A stretch of DNA of 50,975 nucleotides from Methanobacteriota archaeon (GTDB taxonomy: Archaea > Thermoplasmatota > Thermoplasmata > RBG-16-68-12), in contig VBMG01000040.1 of assembly GCA_005878485.1 (NCBI GenBank), forward strand, positions 1 to 50,975, written 5' to 3'. The notes under the pieces are model-generated. The model worked only from the letters and a program-made list of their open reading frames with translations. It made no database searches and had not been told where the DNA came from. The position numbers and the translations under genes were made by a program. This document shows, piece after piece, positions 8,125 through 17,047 of the stretch (position 1 is the first letter of the stretch; the number at the start of each line of letters is the position of its first letter).

Positions 8125-9273
8125 TCACCGGATTCCGTGAATGGGGAACACGAGCCGCCGGAGTTCCTCGACCGTCCGCTTGACCTGGCGTGGGACGTGC
8201 GCGTCTTCGTCGACCTTGGTGTGGTCCCGCAGCGCCTTTTCCGCGGGGACGGTCCCGACGAGTCGGTTCCCCTCTCGTAACCAATTCGTGGGCAGCGCAT
8301 CGTCCAAGCGGAGGCCCACCATCGTGGCGAAGAGGACCGTCCATACGCGGGGGACGGCGGTGACGTCATATCCGCCTCCGCCCACCGCAATCCACCGGCC
8401 CCCGCAGAGTTCCGATGAGAGCCCGTCCAGGATCCGTCCCACGGCCTCGTAGGTCTCCGTGGTCAACATTAGGTGCGTGAGCGGATCGAGATAGTGTGCG
8501 TCGGCTCCGAGTTGGCTGCAGATGAGGTCCGGCCGGAAGGCCCGTGCGATCGGCGGAACGACCTCTTGAAACGCGTAGAGATACGAGACGTCGCGAGTAT
8601 AGGGCGGGAGCGGCACGTTCACGGCGAAGCCTTTCCCATCGCCGGCGCCGATTTCGTCCGTGAAACCGGTCCCCGGGAAGAGGTAGTGGCCGTCCTCGTG
8701 CAGGGAAATCGTGAGGACGCGGGGGTCCTCATAGAAAACCGCCTGGACCCCATCCCCGTGGTGCGCGTCGATGTCGACATACAAAATCCGCCGGACCTGG
8801 TGCTGATCGAGCAGGGACCGGATCCCGATTGCGATGTCGTTGAAGATGCAGAACCCGGATGCACGGTCGGGCATCGCATGGTGGAACCCGCCTCCGAGGT
8901 TGAAGGCCCGTAGCCGGCGTCCCGACGCCACCTCGGAACACGCCCGCAGGGTTGCACCCACTTGGAGGGCCGACGCCTCGTACATCCCTGCAAAGACGGG
9001 ATCGTCGACCGTCCCGAGACCATGGACTTCCGAGGAGCCGTGCGGATCCGCCCCGAGCTCCCGCACGGTGGCCACGTACTCCGGCCGATGAACGGTGAGG
9101 ATGTCCGCCTCGGCCGCGGGACTCGGCCGGAGCTCCTCGGCGCCTCGATCACCGAGGAGCCCGTACCCCGCGATGAGGTCGCGAGCGAGCTTCACCCGGA
9201 TCTCTCGCAACGCGTGGGCGGGGCCAAAATCGTACTTCAGAAAATCATCGTGGTAGAGGAGCGCGGGTCGCAC
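8125..9273 (-). CDS. acuC: Zinc-dependent deacetylase, AcuC/class I HDAC family
   Basis: GGGFHHA, SGFCIFND, YVDIDAHHGDG, QLGADAH..DPL, GGGGY. Start reassigned to the GTG at 9273. Confidence 0.88.
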   Translation of the reverse strand: MRPALLYHDDFLKYDFGPAHALREIRVKLARDLIAGYGLLGDRGAEELRPSPAAEADILTVHRPEYVATVRELGADPHGSSEVHGLGTVDDPVFAGMYEASALQVGATLRACSEVASGRRLRAFNLGGGFHHAMPDRASGFCIFNDIAIGIRSLLDQHQVRRILYVDIDAHHGDGVQAVFYEDPRVLTISLHEDGHYLFPGTGFTDEIGAGDGKGFAVNVPLPPYTRDVSYLYAFQEVVPPIARAFRPDLICSQLGADAHYLDPLTHLMLTTETYEAVGRILDGLSSELCGGRWIAVGGGGYDVTAVPRVWTVLFATMVGLRLDDALPTNWLREGNRLVGTVPAEKALRDHTKVDEDAHVPRQVKRTVEELRRLVFPIHGIR

Positions 9274-9297
9274 ACCTCTCTGAAAGGGGGACGGAGA

Positions 9298-9305
9298 CTT
9301 AAAGG
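9298..9305 (-). promoter_or_regulatory. TATA box of the AcuC/HDAC gene (leaderless type)
   Basis: CCTTTAAG about 25 nt upstream of the GTG start. Confidence 0.55.
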
Positions 9306-9350
9306 CGGCTCGACGTGTCTCACTAATATCCAGGCGGTCTGATACAAATC

Positions 9351-12300
9351 TCAACGGGCAGAAACCGCCCGCACGGGACGCGTCGCGGCGGCGACCGCGT
9401 AGCCGCCCTGGATCAGCTTCTTGATGTACGGGGCCAAGACCCTCGCGAGGCCCATGTCTCCATCCCAATCCTCGAGCTGGTCCCATTGGTGGTCCTCCAT
9501 GTCGCGGATGCAGCGTTCGATCTGCTCCGTCCACGACTCCGTGCCGTCCCCTTCGATTCGCGCCGCGAGGACGAGCCATTTCCCTCGCCCGATTAGGATA
9601 TGCATCTGGCCGACTGTCATCTCGTTCAGCTCGCCCAGGTCGTCGCCCCGTAAGGCGTCCTTGACGAACGCCTGCACGGCGGTGAGCATGCCGCTCAGGA
9701 TGTCCGTGTCCACGTCCGGGCGGAGCCGGCGAGTCTCGTGTTTGATCAGGAGCCCGTCTTTGGCATTGAGCAAGAACACGTCCTCGATGATCGCGTCCTG
9801 TGACCTGGAGGCGGCCTTGACGGACGGCCTCGAGGGTTCCCTCGAACGGCGACGCACGAGGAAGAACAGCGTTCCGGCGACCCCCGCGGCGGCAATCACG
9901 AAGAGCCACCAATAGCTCGCGAGGAATCCTTGGGCGGTCGCGAACTGGAATGTCTTCGACTGGACCATCGTGTTCCCGGCCAGGTCCCGCGCGCTCGTAT
10001 CGACGACCACGAAGTAGGTCGTCCCAGACTGGAGCTCCCGGGTCGGCACGAACGTCACGCTGCGGGAGTCGGCGCTCCACTGGAAGGACCCATCGACCGC
10101 CGGCGAAATCGAGAACGCTTGCTCCACCGAGGCGCGGTCCATCGCTTCCGTGAATGTAATCCGGATCCACGGAGTCGTGTTCGTGTCCGCGCCAACCGGC
10201 CGCACGTCCGTCACGGACGGTGGCGTGATGTCGATCATGGTCCAGGTATCATTGCCGGCGGGAGCGGGCTCGACGTTGCCCGCGCGGTCCGTCGCGATCG
10301 AGCGGAACGCGACCACGCCCTGCCCGCTCGCCGTGAAGGTACCCGTGGTCGCGGCCGTGCCGACGAGCCAATTCGTCCAGCCCGCGCCGACATCGTACAG
10401 GACCGTGTACGTCGCGATGTCCGTGGTGCCGGCCGCCTGGCTCCAGGAAACCGCGAACTGAAGCCGGTTCTCGAAGGCCGGCAAGGAGGTCATGATCGAA
10501 TTGGGCGGGGTCACGTCCACGATCGTCCACGAGTCGTTTCCGGCAGGCGGCGCCTCGACGTTGCCCGCGCGGTCCGTCGCGATCGAGCGGAATTCATAAG
10601 TGTGGCCGTCCTGTCCCGTGAACGTGGCGGATGTCCCCGTCGACACAAGCCAATCCGACCAGCTTCCGCCATTGTCGCGCACCACAACCCGGTAGCTCGC
10701 GATGTCCAGGGTGTCGAACTGGGGTCCCCACGATACCATAAATCCGAGGGACGTCTCGTACGTCGGCAGCGGGAGCGTGTGGGAGAACGGGGCGATCGTG
10801 TCGACGATCGTCCAGGTGTCGTTTCCAGTCGGTGCGACCTCGACGTTGCCCGCGCGGTCCGTCGCGATCGACCGGAACGCGATGGGGCCCTGGTTGCCGC
10901 TGTTGAACGTCGCCGAGGTGGCGGTCGTCCCGACGAGCCAGTTCGTCCACCCCGTGCCCAAGTTGTATTGAATCGTATATGTGGCGATGTCCGTCACGCC
11001 CGCGTCCGGAGCCCACGAGACGAGGAACGAAGCCGAATTCTGATATGCGCTGAGCGCGTTCACGTGGGACCCCGGCCGGACCGTGTCGACCGTCGTCCAC
11101 GTATTGTTCGCGAACGGTCCGGACTGCACGTTGCCGGCGAGGTCGTCCGCCGTTGTCGCGAACTCGTAAACGCCGTCTGCGGAGGCTGTGAAGGTGAATT
11201 GGCCGAGGTTTCCCGCCGGTTGTGTCGCGTATGGAGACCAACCACCGCCCCCGGTCCGCACCCACAACGTGATGCTCCTCAGGCCGGTCCCATTGCCGTC
11301 CGAGGCCGTGTAACCAATCGTGAACGTTTGCGTGTTCTCGTACGTCGGGAGCGAGGTCGCCGCGGAGGTCGGCGCATCGCGGTCCACCATGACGAACGGC
11401 TCCGTGTGACTCGTGCTCATGTCGACGAACCGCGGATCACTCGCGAACGAGTAACTCGAGTACGTCACGGTGACCCGCGTCACGTTGTCGATCGGCAAAG
11501 GAGAGTCGATGTACACCCGGTCCGTCACGAGAATCCACGGTTGGATGCCACTCGGGGACGACCGATCCCAGATGGGTGATCCGTTGTCCTCGACGAGGAT
11601 GTGCGCCCCGGCGACCGGCGTCAGACCGTTCGGCCAGAGCGCGTCAACCTCGAGGAAGTTTTGGACCGTCAAATTGCCGGCGGCCATCACGGCCAATTTC
11701 GTGAACGGCGTGTTCACCGCGAAGCCTTCCGTGTAGTTGTCCACGAAGAACTCGTAGGATCCGACGGACGACAGGGATGCGTTTTCGACCGTGAAGCGGA
11801 TGGTCAAGGACCGATTGCCGACGAGGTAGTACCCATTCGCGTAGGACGCTTGCACGGGCAGACCCGCGCCGGGGGCTCCTTTCGCCACCCCCGAAATCGT
11901 GTCGCCGAGGGAAACGCCGTACCTCACGAGTCCGGCGACGATGCCGCTCGCGTCCCCACCGCGCCCCCCATTGGTTGGACCGAGGGAATCTCCTCCGCGT
12001 CCCCCTTGCAGCGTGTAGACCTGGTTCGTGTCGAGGGTCGGGGCGAGGTACAGTGCGGCGATCCCCCAAGCGCTCCCTCCATTCCCGCCGAACTTGCTTC
12101 CGATTCCCCCTACGCCACCCGTGACCGTCTGGATCAAGTTGAAGCTCATTGCCGTCGCGTTGAATCGACCGTCGTTGTAACCGATCGAGAGGACGCCCGT
12201 CGCATTTCCTCCGTAACCACCATGGGCGCCGCGGCCACCGTCTCCGCCGGTCAACGTGTCCATCGTGCTCGATCCTACACTCGCAGACCCGACGACGGAG

Positions 12301-13679
12301 GCTAGCAGGAACGCCGTCGCGCCGCCGCCCGTACCGCCGTTTCCGCCTCCGCCCGCGGTCACGCCCCCATTTCCCCCGAGGCCGCCGTGAAGGATTGAGA
12401 CGGTATTCCCGCCCGCATCCGCATTTTCAGCCGTGATGAAGAAGAGACCGTCCGCGTCGCCGCCGGCGCCGCCGTTGCCGCTCGAGGTGCTTCCCGTCGC
12501 TCCGGCCCCTCCGGCGCCTCCCGTTACCCCGTTGATCCCGTTCGTGTGTAGCTGTGTGAAGCCCGTCGTAACGGCCGCTTCGATCGCCGCGGCCGTGCCG
12601 CCGCTTCCGCCCGAACCCCCGTTCGTTGTCGTCGCGCCGCCGCCGCCGCTTCCGCCGGCTCCGCCCTGAAGATTCGTGATGGTATTGCCTGAGATGTACA
12701 CCCCCGAAGTCATCGCGACGACGATGCCCGCGACGGAACCGCCGTTGCCGCCACGGCCTCCCGTCCCGCCGGGATTCGTTTGGCCGTCGCCACCCCGCCC
12801 GCCGATCGCGGTGTCGACCGTGTTCGTCGTGATTGACGCCGATGGCGCGGCGTTCACGTAGATACCGAGGGCGAAGGCGCCGTCACGACCCGGGGCTCCG
12901 GGCGACAAGCCGTTGCCTCCGTTCGCTCCGCGGACGCCGGTGATCGTGTTCCCATCGATCGCCGCAGTGGCACCCGCGTTGACCAGGATTCCCACCGCGA
13001 AAACGCCGCTCACGTTCGTGATCGTGTTGCCCGAAATCGTCGGCGCGCTGGGTTGTTCGACCTGGATACCGAGACCCGTGCCGTTAATCGCGTTGCCGGC
13101 AATCTGAGCGTCGGAGGCGTTCGCGTAGATCCCGAGACTTGAAGCCCGTTTGATGACATTGCTCGTGACGAAGGCCGTGGACCGCACGAGGACGAAACCG
13201 GCCCCCGCTTGGAGGATCGTGTTGCTCGAGAGCGAAAGCGAGCTCGCCGTCGCGGTAACTGCGCGATCGACCCGATCGAAAGTAGACCATGAGATCGAGC
13301 CGGAGGAGCTCGCATTGAACTGGATGCCGCCCCACGTGATCGGCGAGCCCGTGTTGTTCGCGGTAAAGATGATCGCCCTGGTGGCGGTCCCGTCGGCGAC
13401 GAGCGAGCCCTCGATGAAGAGGTGGACTCCTGGATCGAACTTGACCGTCGTCCCGGGAAGGATGGTGAGCGTCGCAGGAGCGCGGACGGTGACATGGTAC
13501 GTTGCGACGTATATCGTATCGCTGATGCCCCACGTCGTATCCGTGGTGATGAGCCCCCGCACGTACGTGGTTGCGGTCGCCGTTGGCGCCGTCCATAGGA
13601 ACGCGGCGGTCGCGGAAGCAAGCAGCACCCAGACGATCATGAAAGTTCGGCCCAAGGTCGTCGTGGGGTGGGCACGCAT
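9351..13679 (-). CDS. Large secreted single-pass surface protein: beta-helix, Gly-rich repeats, four FN3/Ig-like repeats, Big_5-like domain, TM helix, cytoplasmic domain
   Basis: Signal-like hydrophobic N-terminus; parallel beta-helix repeats (ISGNTIT); PE-PGRS-like GGxGGxGG tracts; repeats with FRSIATDRAGNVE; ITFTEAMDRASVEQAF; TM YWWLFVIAAAGVAGTLFFLV followed by RRR. Start uncertain (13679 or 13739). Confidence 0.8.
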   Translation of the reverse strand: MRAHPTTTLGRTFMIVWVLLASATAAFLWTAPTATATTYVRGLITTDTTWGISDTIYVATYHVTVRAPATLTILPGTTVKFDPGVHLFIEGSLVADGTATRAIIFTANNTGSPITWGGIQFNASSSGSISWSTFDRVDRAVTATASSLSLSSNTILQAGAGFVLVRSTAFVTSNVIKRASSLGIYANASDAQIAGNAINGTGLGIQVEQPSAPTISGNTITNVSGVFAVGILVNAGATAAIDGNTITGVRGANGGNGLSPGAPGRDGAFALGIYVNAAPSASITTNTVDTAIGGRGGDGQTNPGGTGGRGGNGGSVAGIVVAMTSGVYISGNTITNLQGGAGGSGGGGATTTNGGSGGSGGTAAAIEAAVTTGFTQLHTNGINGVTGGAGGAGATGSTSSGNGGAGGDADGLFFITAENADAGGNTVSILHGGLGGNGGVTAGGGGNGGTGGGATAFLLASVVGSASVGSSTMDTLTGGDGGRGAHGGYGGNATGVLSIGYNDGRFNATAMSFNLIQTVTGGVGGIGSKFGGNGGSAWGIAALYLAPTLDTNQVYTLQGGRGGDSLGPTNGGRGGDASGIVAGLVRYGVSLGDTISGVAKGAPGAGLPVQASYANGYYLVGNRSLTIRFTVENASLSSVGSYEFFVDNYTEGFAVNTPFTKLAVMAAGNLTVQNFLEVDALWPNGLTPVAGAHILVEDNGSPIWDRSSPSGIQPWILVTDRVYIDSPLPIDNVTRVTVTYSSYSFASDPRFVDMSTSHTEPFVMVDRDAPTSAATSLPTYENTQTFTIGYTASDGNGTGLRSITLWVRTGGGGWSPYATQPAGNLGQFTFTASADGVYEFATTADDLAGNVQSGPFANNTWTTVDTVRPGSHVNALSAYQNSASFLVSWAPDAGVTDIATYTIQYNLGTGWTNWLVGTTATSATFNSGNQGPIAFRSIATDRAGNVEVAPTGNDTWTIVDTIAPFSHTLPLPTYETSLGFMVSWGPQFDTLDIASYRVVVRDNGGSWSDWLVSTGTSATFTGQDGHTYEFRSIATDRAGNVEAPPAGNDSWTIVDVTPPNSIMTSLPAFENRLQFAVSWSQAAGTTDIATYTVLYDVGAGWTNWLVGTAATTGTFTASGQGVVAFRSIATDRAGNVEPAPAGNDTWTMIDITPPSVTDVRPVGADTNTTPWIRITFTEAMDRASVEQAFSISPAVDGSFQWSADSRSVTFVPTRELQSGTTYFVVVDTSARDLAGNTMVQSKTFQFATAQGFLASYWWLFVIAAAGVAGTLFFLVRRRSREPSRPSVKAASRSQDAIIEDVFLLNAKDGLLIKHETRRLRPDVDTDILSGMLTAVQAFVKDALRGDDLGELNEMTVGQMHILIGRGKWLVLAARIEGDGTESWTEQIERCIRDMEDHQWDQLEDWDGDMGLARVLAPYIKKLIQGGYAVAAATRPVRAVSAR
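10269..10871. repeat. Three exact 33-nt direct repeats at 285-nt period (coding 95-aa domain repeats)
   Basis: ctcgacgttgcccgcgcggtccgtcgcgatcga at 10269, 10554 and 10839, encoding SIATDRAGNVE. A diverged fourth copy (TTADDLAGNVQ) lies near 11125-11160. Confidence 0.9.
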
Positions 13680-13859
13680 GTGTGACACGGACTCCGCAGC
13701 GAGGGTTTGCCCCGCCCTAGTCTCGCCCCGTTTCCACACGACGCTATATTATCCAAAGGATGCCGTTATCGCAGGTGATATCGAATTCGTGTCGGAATAA
13801 CGGCCCGAGCAGAGGGTGACGCGACAACCTTCAAGGTGTCGTGAAGGCTTGCGCGGTCG

Positions 13860-14030
13860 GTGGCCTCTCGCGCTCGATGCAATCTTCTCCGCGTCCTCCA
13901 TCGCCATCGTTGGCGCATCCCGACACCGCGGAAAAATCGGATCGACCTGAACCCGGTTATCGCGCTCGACGAGGACCTCGGCTATCGCACTGTCGACGCC
14001 CGGATGTCCTGGAACTCCCCGGGCCTAACC
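13860..14030 (+). pseudogene. Internally deleted relic of an ADP-forming acyl-CoA synthetase (CoA-binding plus ATP-grasp fusion)
   Basis: 13870-13941 reads ALDAIFSASSIAIVGASRHRGKIG (typical N-terminus). From 13941, another frame reads IDLNPVIALDEDLGYRTVDARM (typical C-terminus). Confidence 0.75.
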
Positions 14031-14097
14031 AGACGACATCGACGCCGGCCGCGCAACGCTTGTAGCCTTGGAACGCTATCCAGGGCAGGGAAGCCGC

Positions 14098-14472
14098 ATG
14101 ATCCAAATCGATGTCGACGTCCCGGATCGTCCGGGTGAACTCGCGAAGCTTGCCGCGATTCTCGGAGCGACGGGGATCAACATCGATGCAATCAGCGCGG
14201 AATCCGCGGGCGGGCGGTCGTACATGAGCCTGATCGTAAACCAGCCGATGCAGGCCCGCGAAGCGTTGATGAAGAACGGGTATGCGTCGGCGATGCGGAC
14301 CGTCCTCGTCGTGCGGCTTGATGACAAGCCGGGAGCCCTCGCCTCGCTCGCGCGCAAGCTCGGCGACTCGGGCGTCGATGTGGTGAGCCTGATCCACCTC
14401 GGCACCGTCGGCGGCCACGCCCAGATTGCGCTCGGCGTCGACAACCTGGAGAAAGCACGGTCCCTCGTCTGA
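14098..14472 (+). CDS. Tandem ACT-domain protein
   Basis: Two ACT motifs, PDRPGELAKLAAILGATGINI and DDKPGALASLARKLGDSGVDV. ATG at 14098. Confidence 0.88.
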   Translation: MIQIDVDVPDRPGELAKLAAILGATGINIDAISAESAGGRSYMSLIVNQPMQAREALMKNGYASAMRTVLVVRLDDKPGALASLARKLGDSGVDVVSLIHLGTVGGHAQIALGVDNLEKARSLV

Positions 14473-14602
14473 CCGTCGCGGAACATACTCCATCTCAGGT
14501 TCGATAACGAGAATAGTCCCTCGGGATAGAAACGCTCAAGCCCGCCTGCGGTTCTATCTTACGCCATCCCGTTTTCGGACGGGTCATCCGGAGGTATCGA
14601 AA

Positions 14603-15298
14603 GTGCCGGAAGGTCATCGGGGCGGCCTCGGCGTTGTGCCGACGAATTTCACGACGCATGGACCGAAGACGGTCCCGCGCGTCGACTACGACCGGATCTT
14701 CGTCCTCGACGAGGACGCGAAGCTGCTTGGGGAATATGCCCTTCGAGACGACTGCCCGCTGGAATACGACGACCTTCGCCGAGCGATCCCCCTCAGCGGG
14801 ATGCGGCACCTTCTCTCCTTCTACCAGGGGGAATACGTTTTCACGCCATTCCGAGTGGGCGCCCTCTGGTTCGTCCTCTTGACCCAGGGCGTCCCCCGGA
14901 TCGAGGAGCGGGGCTCAATCGGAACCCTGCTGGCGGCGATGCGGGTCCACCTGCCGCCAAGCCTCTCGCCGACCCTCGCGGCACGGGAGGCGGCCCTCCG
15001 CGACCGGGAGCGCGAGCTGGAGGCTCGCGAGACGGTCGTGTCCAGGAAGGAGCAACGGGTCGTCCAACTCGAAGAGAAACTTGCGACGGCCAGGGAGAAA
15101 ACGGAAGACCTGGCCGCCGAGGTTCGCGCCCGCGAGAGCCGACTCAACGCGTTGCGCGATTACGCGATGGAGATACATCGGACATTCCAGCAAACCGAGT
15201 CGAGCGCGGGCCGCCCCGCGATTGCCGAAAGGGATTCGCCGGAGGACGGGGAACCGCCGCCGCGCTCACTTATCGCACGCCCTTCTCACGACCGATAA
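14603..15298 (+). CDS. Uncharacterised protein: shared ~85-aa domain plus short coiled coil (paralog A)
   Basis: GTG at 14603 with GGAGGT at 14590-14595. IFVLDEDAKLLGEYALRDDCPLEYDD...GEYVFT...FVLL is shared with the next two genes, followed by an E/R-rich coiled coil. Confidence 0.75.
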   Translation: MPEGHRGGLGVVPTNFTTHGPKTVPRVDYDRIFVLDEDAKLLGEYALRDDCPLEYDDLRRAIPLSGMRHLLSFYQGEYVFTPFRVGALWFVLLTQGVPRIEERGSIGTLLAAMRVHLPPSLSPTLAAREAALRDRERELEARETVVSRKEQRVVQLEEKLATAREKTEDLAAEVRARESRLNALRDYAMEIHRTFQQTESSAGRPAIAERDSPEDGEPPPRSLIARPSHDR

Positions 15299-15391
15299 CC
15301 AAAGCCCGTTTCTTAAATAAGGCCCGGGCCGCTCGATTGTCCATCGACGAATCGCGAGGGGGCACCCTCGTGGAGCCGAGGCGGCCAGCGC

Positions 15392-16798
15392 ATGCAAGGG
15401 GCGATTGAGACACTGCTTTCAGGCCTCCTGATTCAGGGCCTCCGCCCCGCACTCGCTTCGATCCTAATCACCGCTCCGATGAAGAAAGTGGCTCGTGCGC
15501 AGCTCAAGAAAATCTACGTCCTCGATGAACGGGGTGAGATGGCTGGCGAGTACGTCCTCGACCCGGACTGCCCGATCGACTATAACGATTTCTTGAAGGT
15601 CCTTCCGAACGAAGGGATCGGAGATCGCGATTCGCTCTTCGTTGGGGAGTACGTGTTCACCGCGTTTCAGAGCGGCAAGTACGTGTTCGTCCTCCTGTCC
15701 CGAGGACAGCTGGGCGCCGAGGATGTGGACTGGACGGCTTTGCTTCTGACCGCCACGGAGTCGACTCTCGTACGCGGACCGGCTCGCCCAGCACCGACCC
15801 GGGGAGCCGGAACTAAGTCGGACTCCGAGAAGGGTTTCGCCGATCGCGACGCCCGCCTCGTGGCGAAGGAAAAGAATCTCGCTGAGTTGGAAGCGCGCCT
15901 TCAAGCGGAAGCGGCAAATCTCACGGGTCGTCAGGAAGAACTCGACCGTCAGAAAGCCCGGCTCGCGGCTCTGGCCGATTACTCCGCGCGGATGCAAGAC
16001 ACCGTCGCGACCGGACTGTCACGATCTCGAAAGGAGCTCGAGACAGCGCAGCAACTCGCGGCCAAGTCGTCTGCCGACTCGAAGACGACGGAGTCGAAGG
16101 CGGCCACGGACGCACGGCAGTCGTTCGAGCAAGAACGTAAGGCGCTCGTCGCTGCGAAGGCGGAACTCGAAGCGAAGGACCGGGAGGCAACCGCGCGTAT
16201 CGCGAAGCTCGAGCAAGATGCCAAGGATGCCATGTTGGCCCTCGAGAAGGAGCGAACGGCAAACGCCACACGAGCCGCGGAGGAAGAAAAGACCCGACGC
16301 GAAATCGAGGGCCGCGTCGCCGATTTGAGTCAGCGGTTCACATCGATCGCCAAGGAGCGCCTGGTATCGTCCCACCGCCCCGCGGAGGAAGCATCGGACG
16401 AGGTCCGGAAGGCGATGGAGGGCGAGAAAGCGGAGGTTGCCCGAGAGCGGAAGTTCCTTCAACGCCGGGCAATCGAGCTGCTGGACCGTGAGGACCGGGT
16501 TCGAGACCGTGAGGTCCATGTCGATGAACGCGAACAGGACTTCGCTCGGCGGGAGCAAGAGCTTTCGTCGCGCCAACAGGATTTCGAACGGCAGCGCACG
16601 CTCTTGGCCCAGGCGAAGCCCCAGCCTCCGGAGGTCCGGACGGAGCCGGACGAAGCGAAACGCGATATCGAGCGGCGTGTGAAAATCATCCAGCAGAAGG
16701 CACTCGAACTCTTGGACCGCGAGGAGAAACTCCGAAAACGGGCGGCGGAACTCGAGGCGATGGAGGCCCGGCTCTCCGGAAACGTCGCCGCCGATTAG
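15392..16798 (+). CDS. Uncharacterised coiled-coil protein with the shared N-terminal domain (paralog B)
   Basis: IYVLDERGEMAGEYVLDPDCPIDYND...GEYVFT...FVLL; long coiled coil; C-terminal RVKIIQQKALELLDREEKLRK. Alternative start ATG 15479; TTAAATAA at 15313-15320. Confidence 0.8.
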   Translation: MQGAIETLLSGLLIQGLRPALASILITAPMKKVARAQLKKIYVLDERGEMAGEYVLDPDCPIDYNDFLKVLPNEGIGDRDSLFVGEYVFTAFQSGKYVFVLLSRGQLGAEDVDWTALLLTATESTLVRGPARPAPTRGAGTKSDSEKGFADRDARLVAKEKNLAELEARLQAEAANLTGRQEELDRQKARLAALADYSARMQDTVATGLSRSRKELETAQQLAAKSSADSKTTESKAATDARQSFEQERKALVAAKAELEAKDREATARIAKLEQDAKDAMLALEKERTANATRAAEEEKTRREIEGRVADLSQRFTSIAKERLVSSHRPAEEASDEVRKAMEGEKAEVARERKFLQRRAIELLDREDRVRDREVHVDEREQDFARREQELSSRQQDFERQRTLLAQAKPQPPEVRTEPDEAKRDIERRVKIIQQKALELLDREEKLRKRAAELEAMEARLSGNVAAD

Positions 16799-16855
16799 GG
16801 GCAAACGGCTCCGCATCGGCGCATGAAATCACGTCCGATAACCGCCCGCGGTCCC

Positions 16856-16862
16856 TTATATA
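16856..16862 (+). promoter_or_regulatory. Putative TATA box upstream of the giant gene
   Basis: TTATATA in the GC-rich intergenic region, about 185 nt before the ATG at 17048. Confidence 0.45.
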
Positions 16863-17047
16863 GAGCGCGGGAAGCTCGATTTTTGCCGCTGGCCAGGGAG
16901 AGCCGCGCCCCGCGAAGGACGGATGCATGCGTACCCCGCTTACGACTGATGCGCTCCACCTCGGTGTGAGTCCGAGGACCATCGTCCTGCGGAAACTGCT
17001 CGCGACGATTTGGCGGTCCCGCCCGGCCACTCGGGCGTGAAGTACGG

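Noticed and set aside
9274..10170. 681-aa ORF suggesting an N-terminally extended deacetylase
   Set aside because: The extension overlaps the surface-protein gene in another frame; a TATA box and GTG at 9273 define the real start.
10269..10871. 33-nt exact repeats as a possible CRISPR array
   Set aside because: Spacing is 285 nt, the repeats are in frame within a protein repeat, the intervening sequences are homologous to each other, and no cas genes are present.
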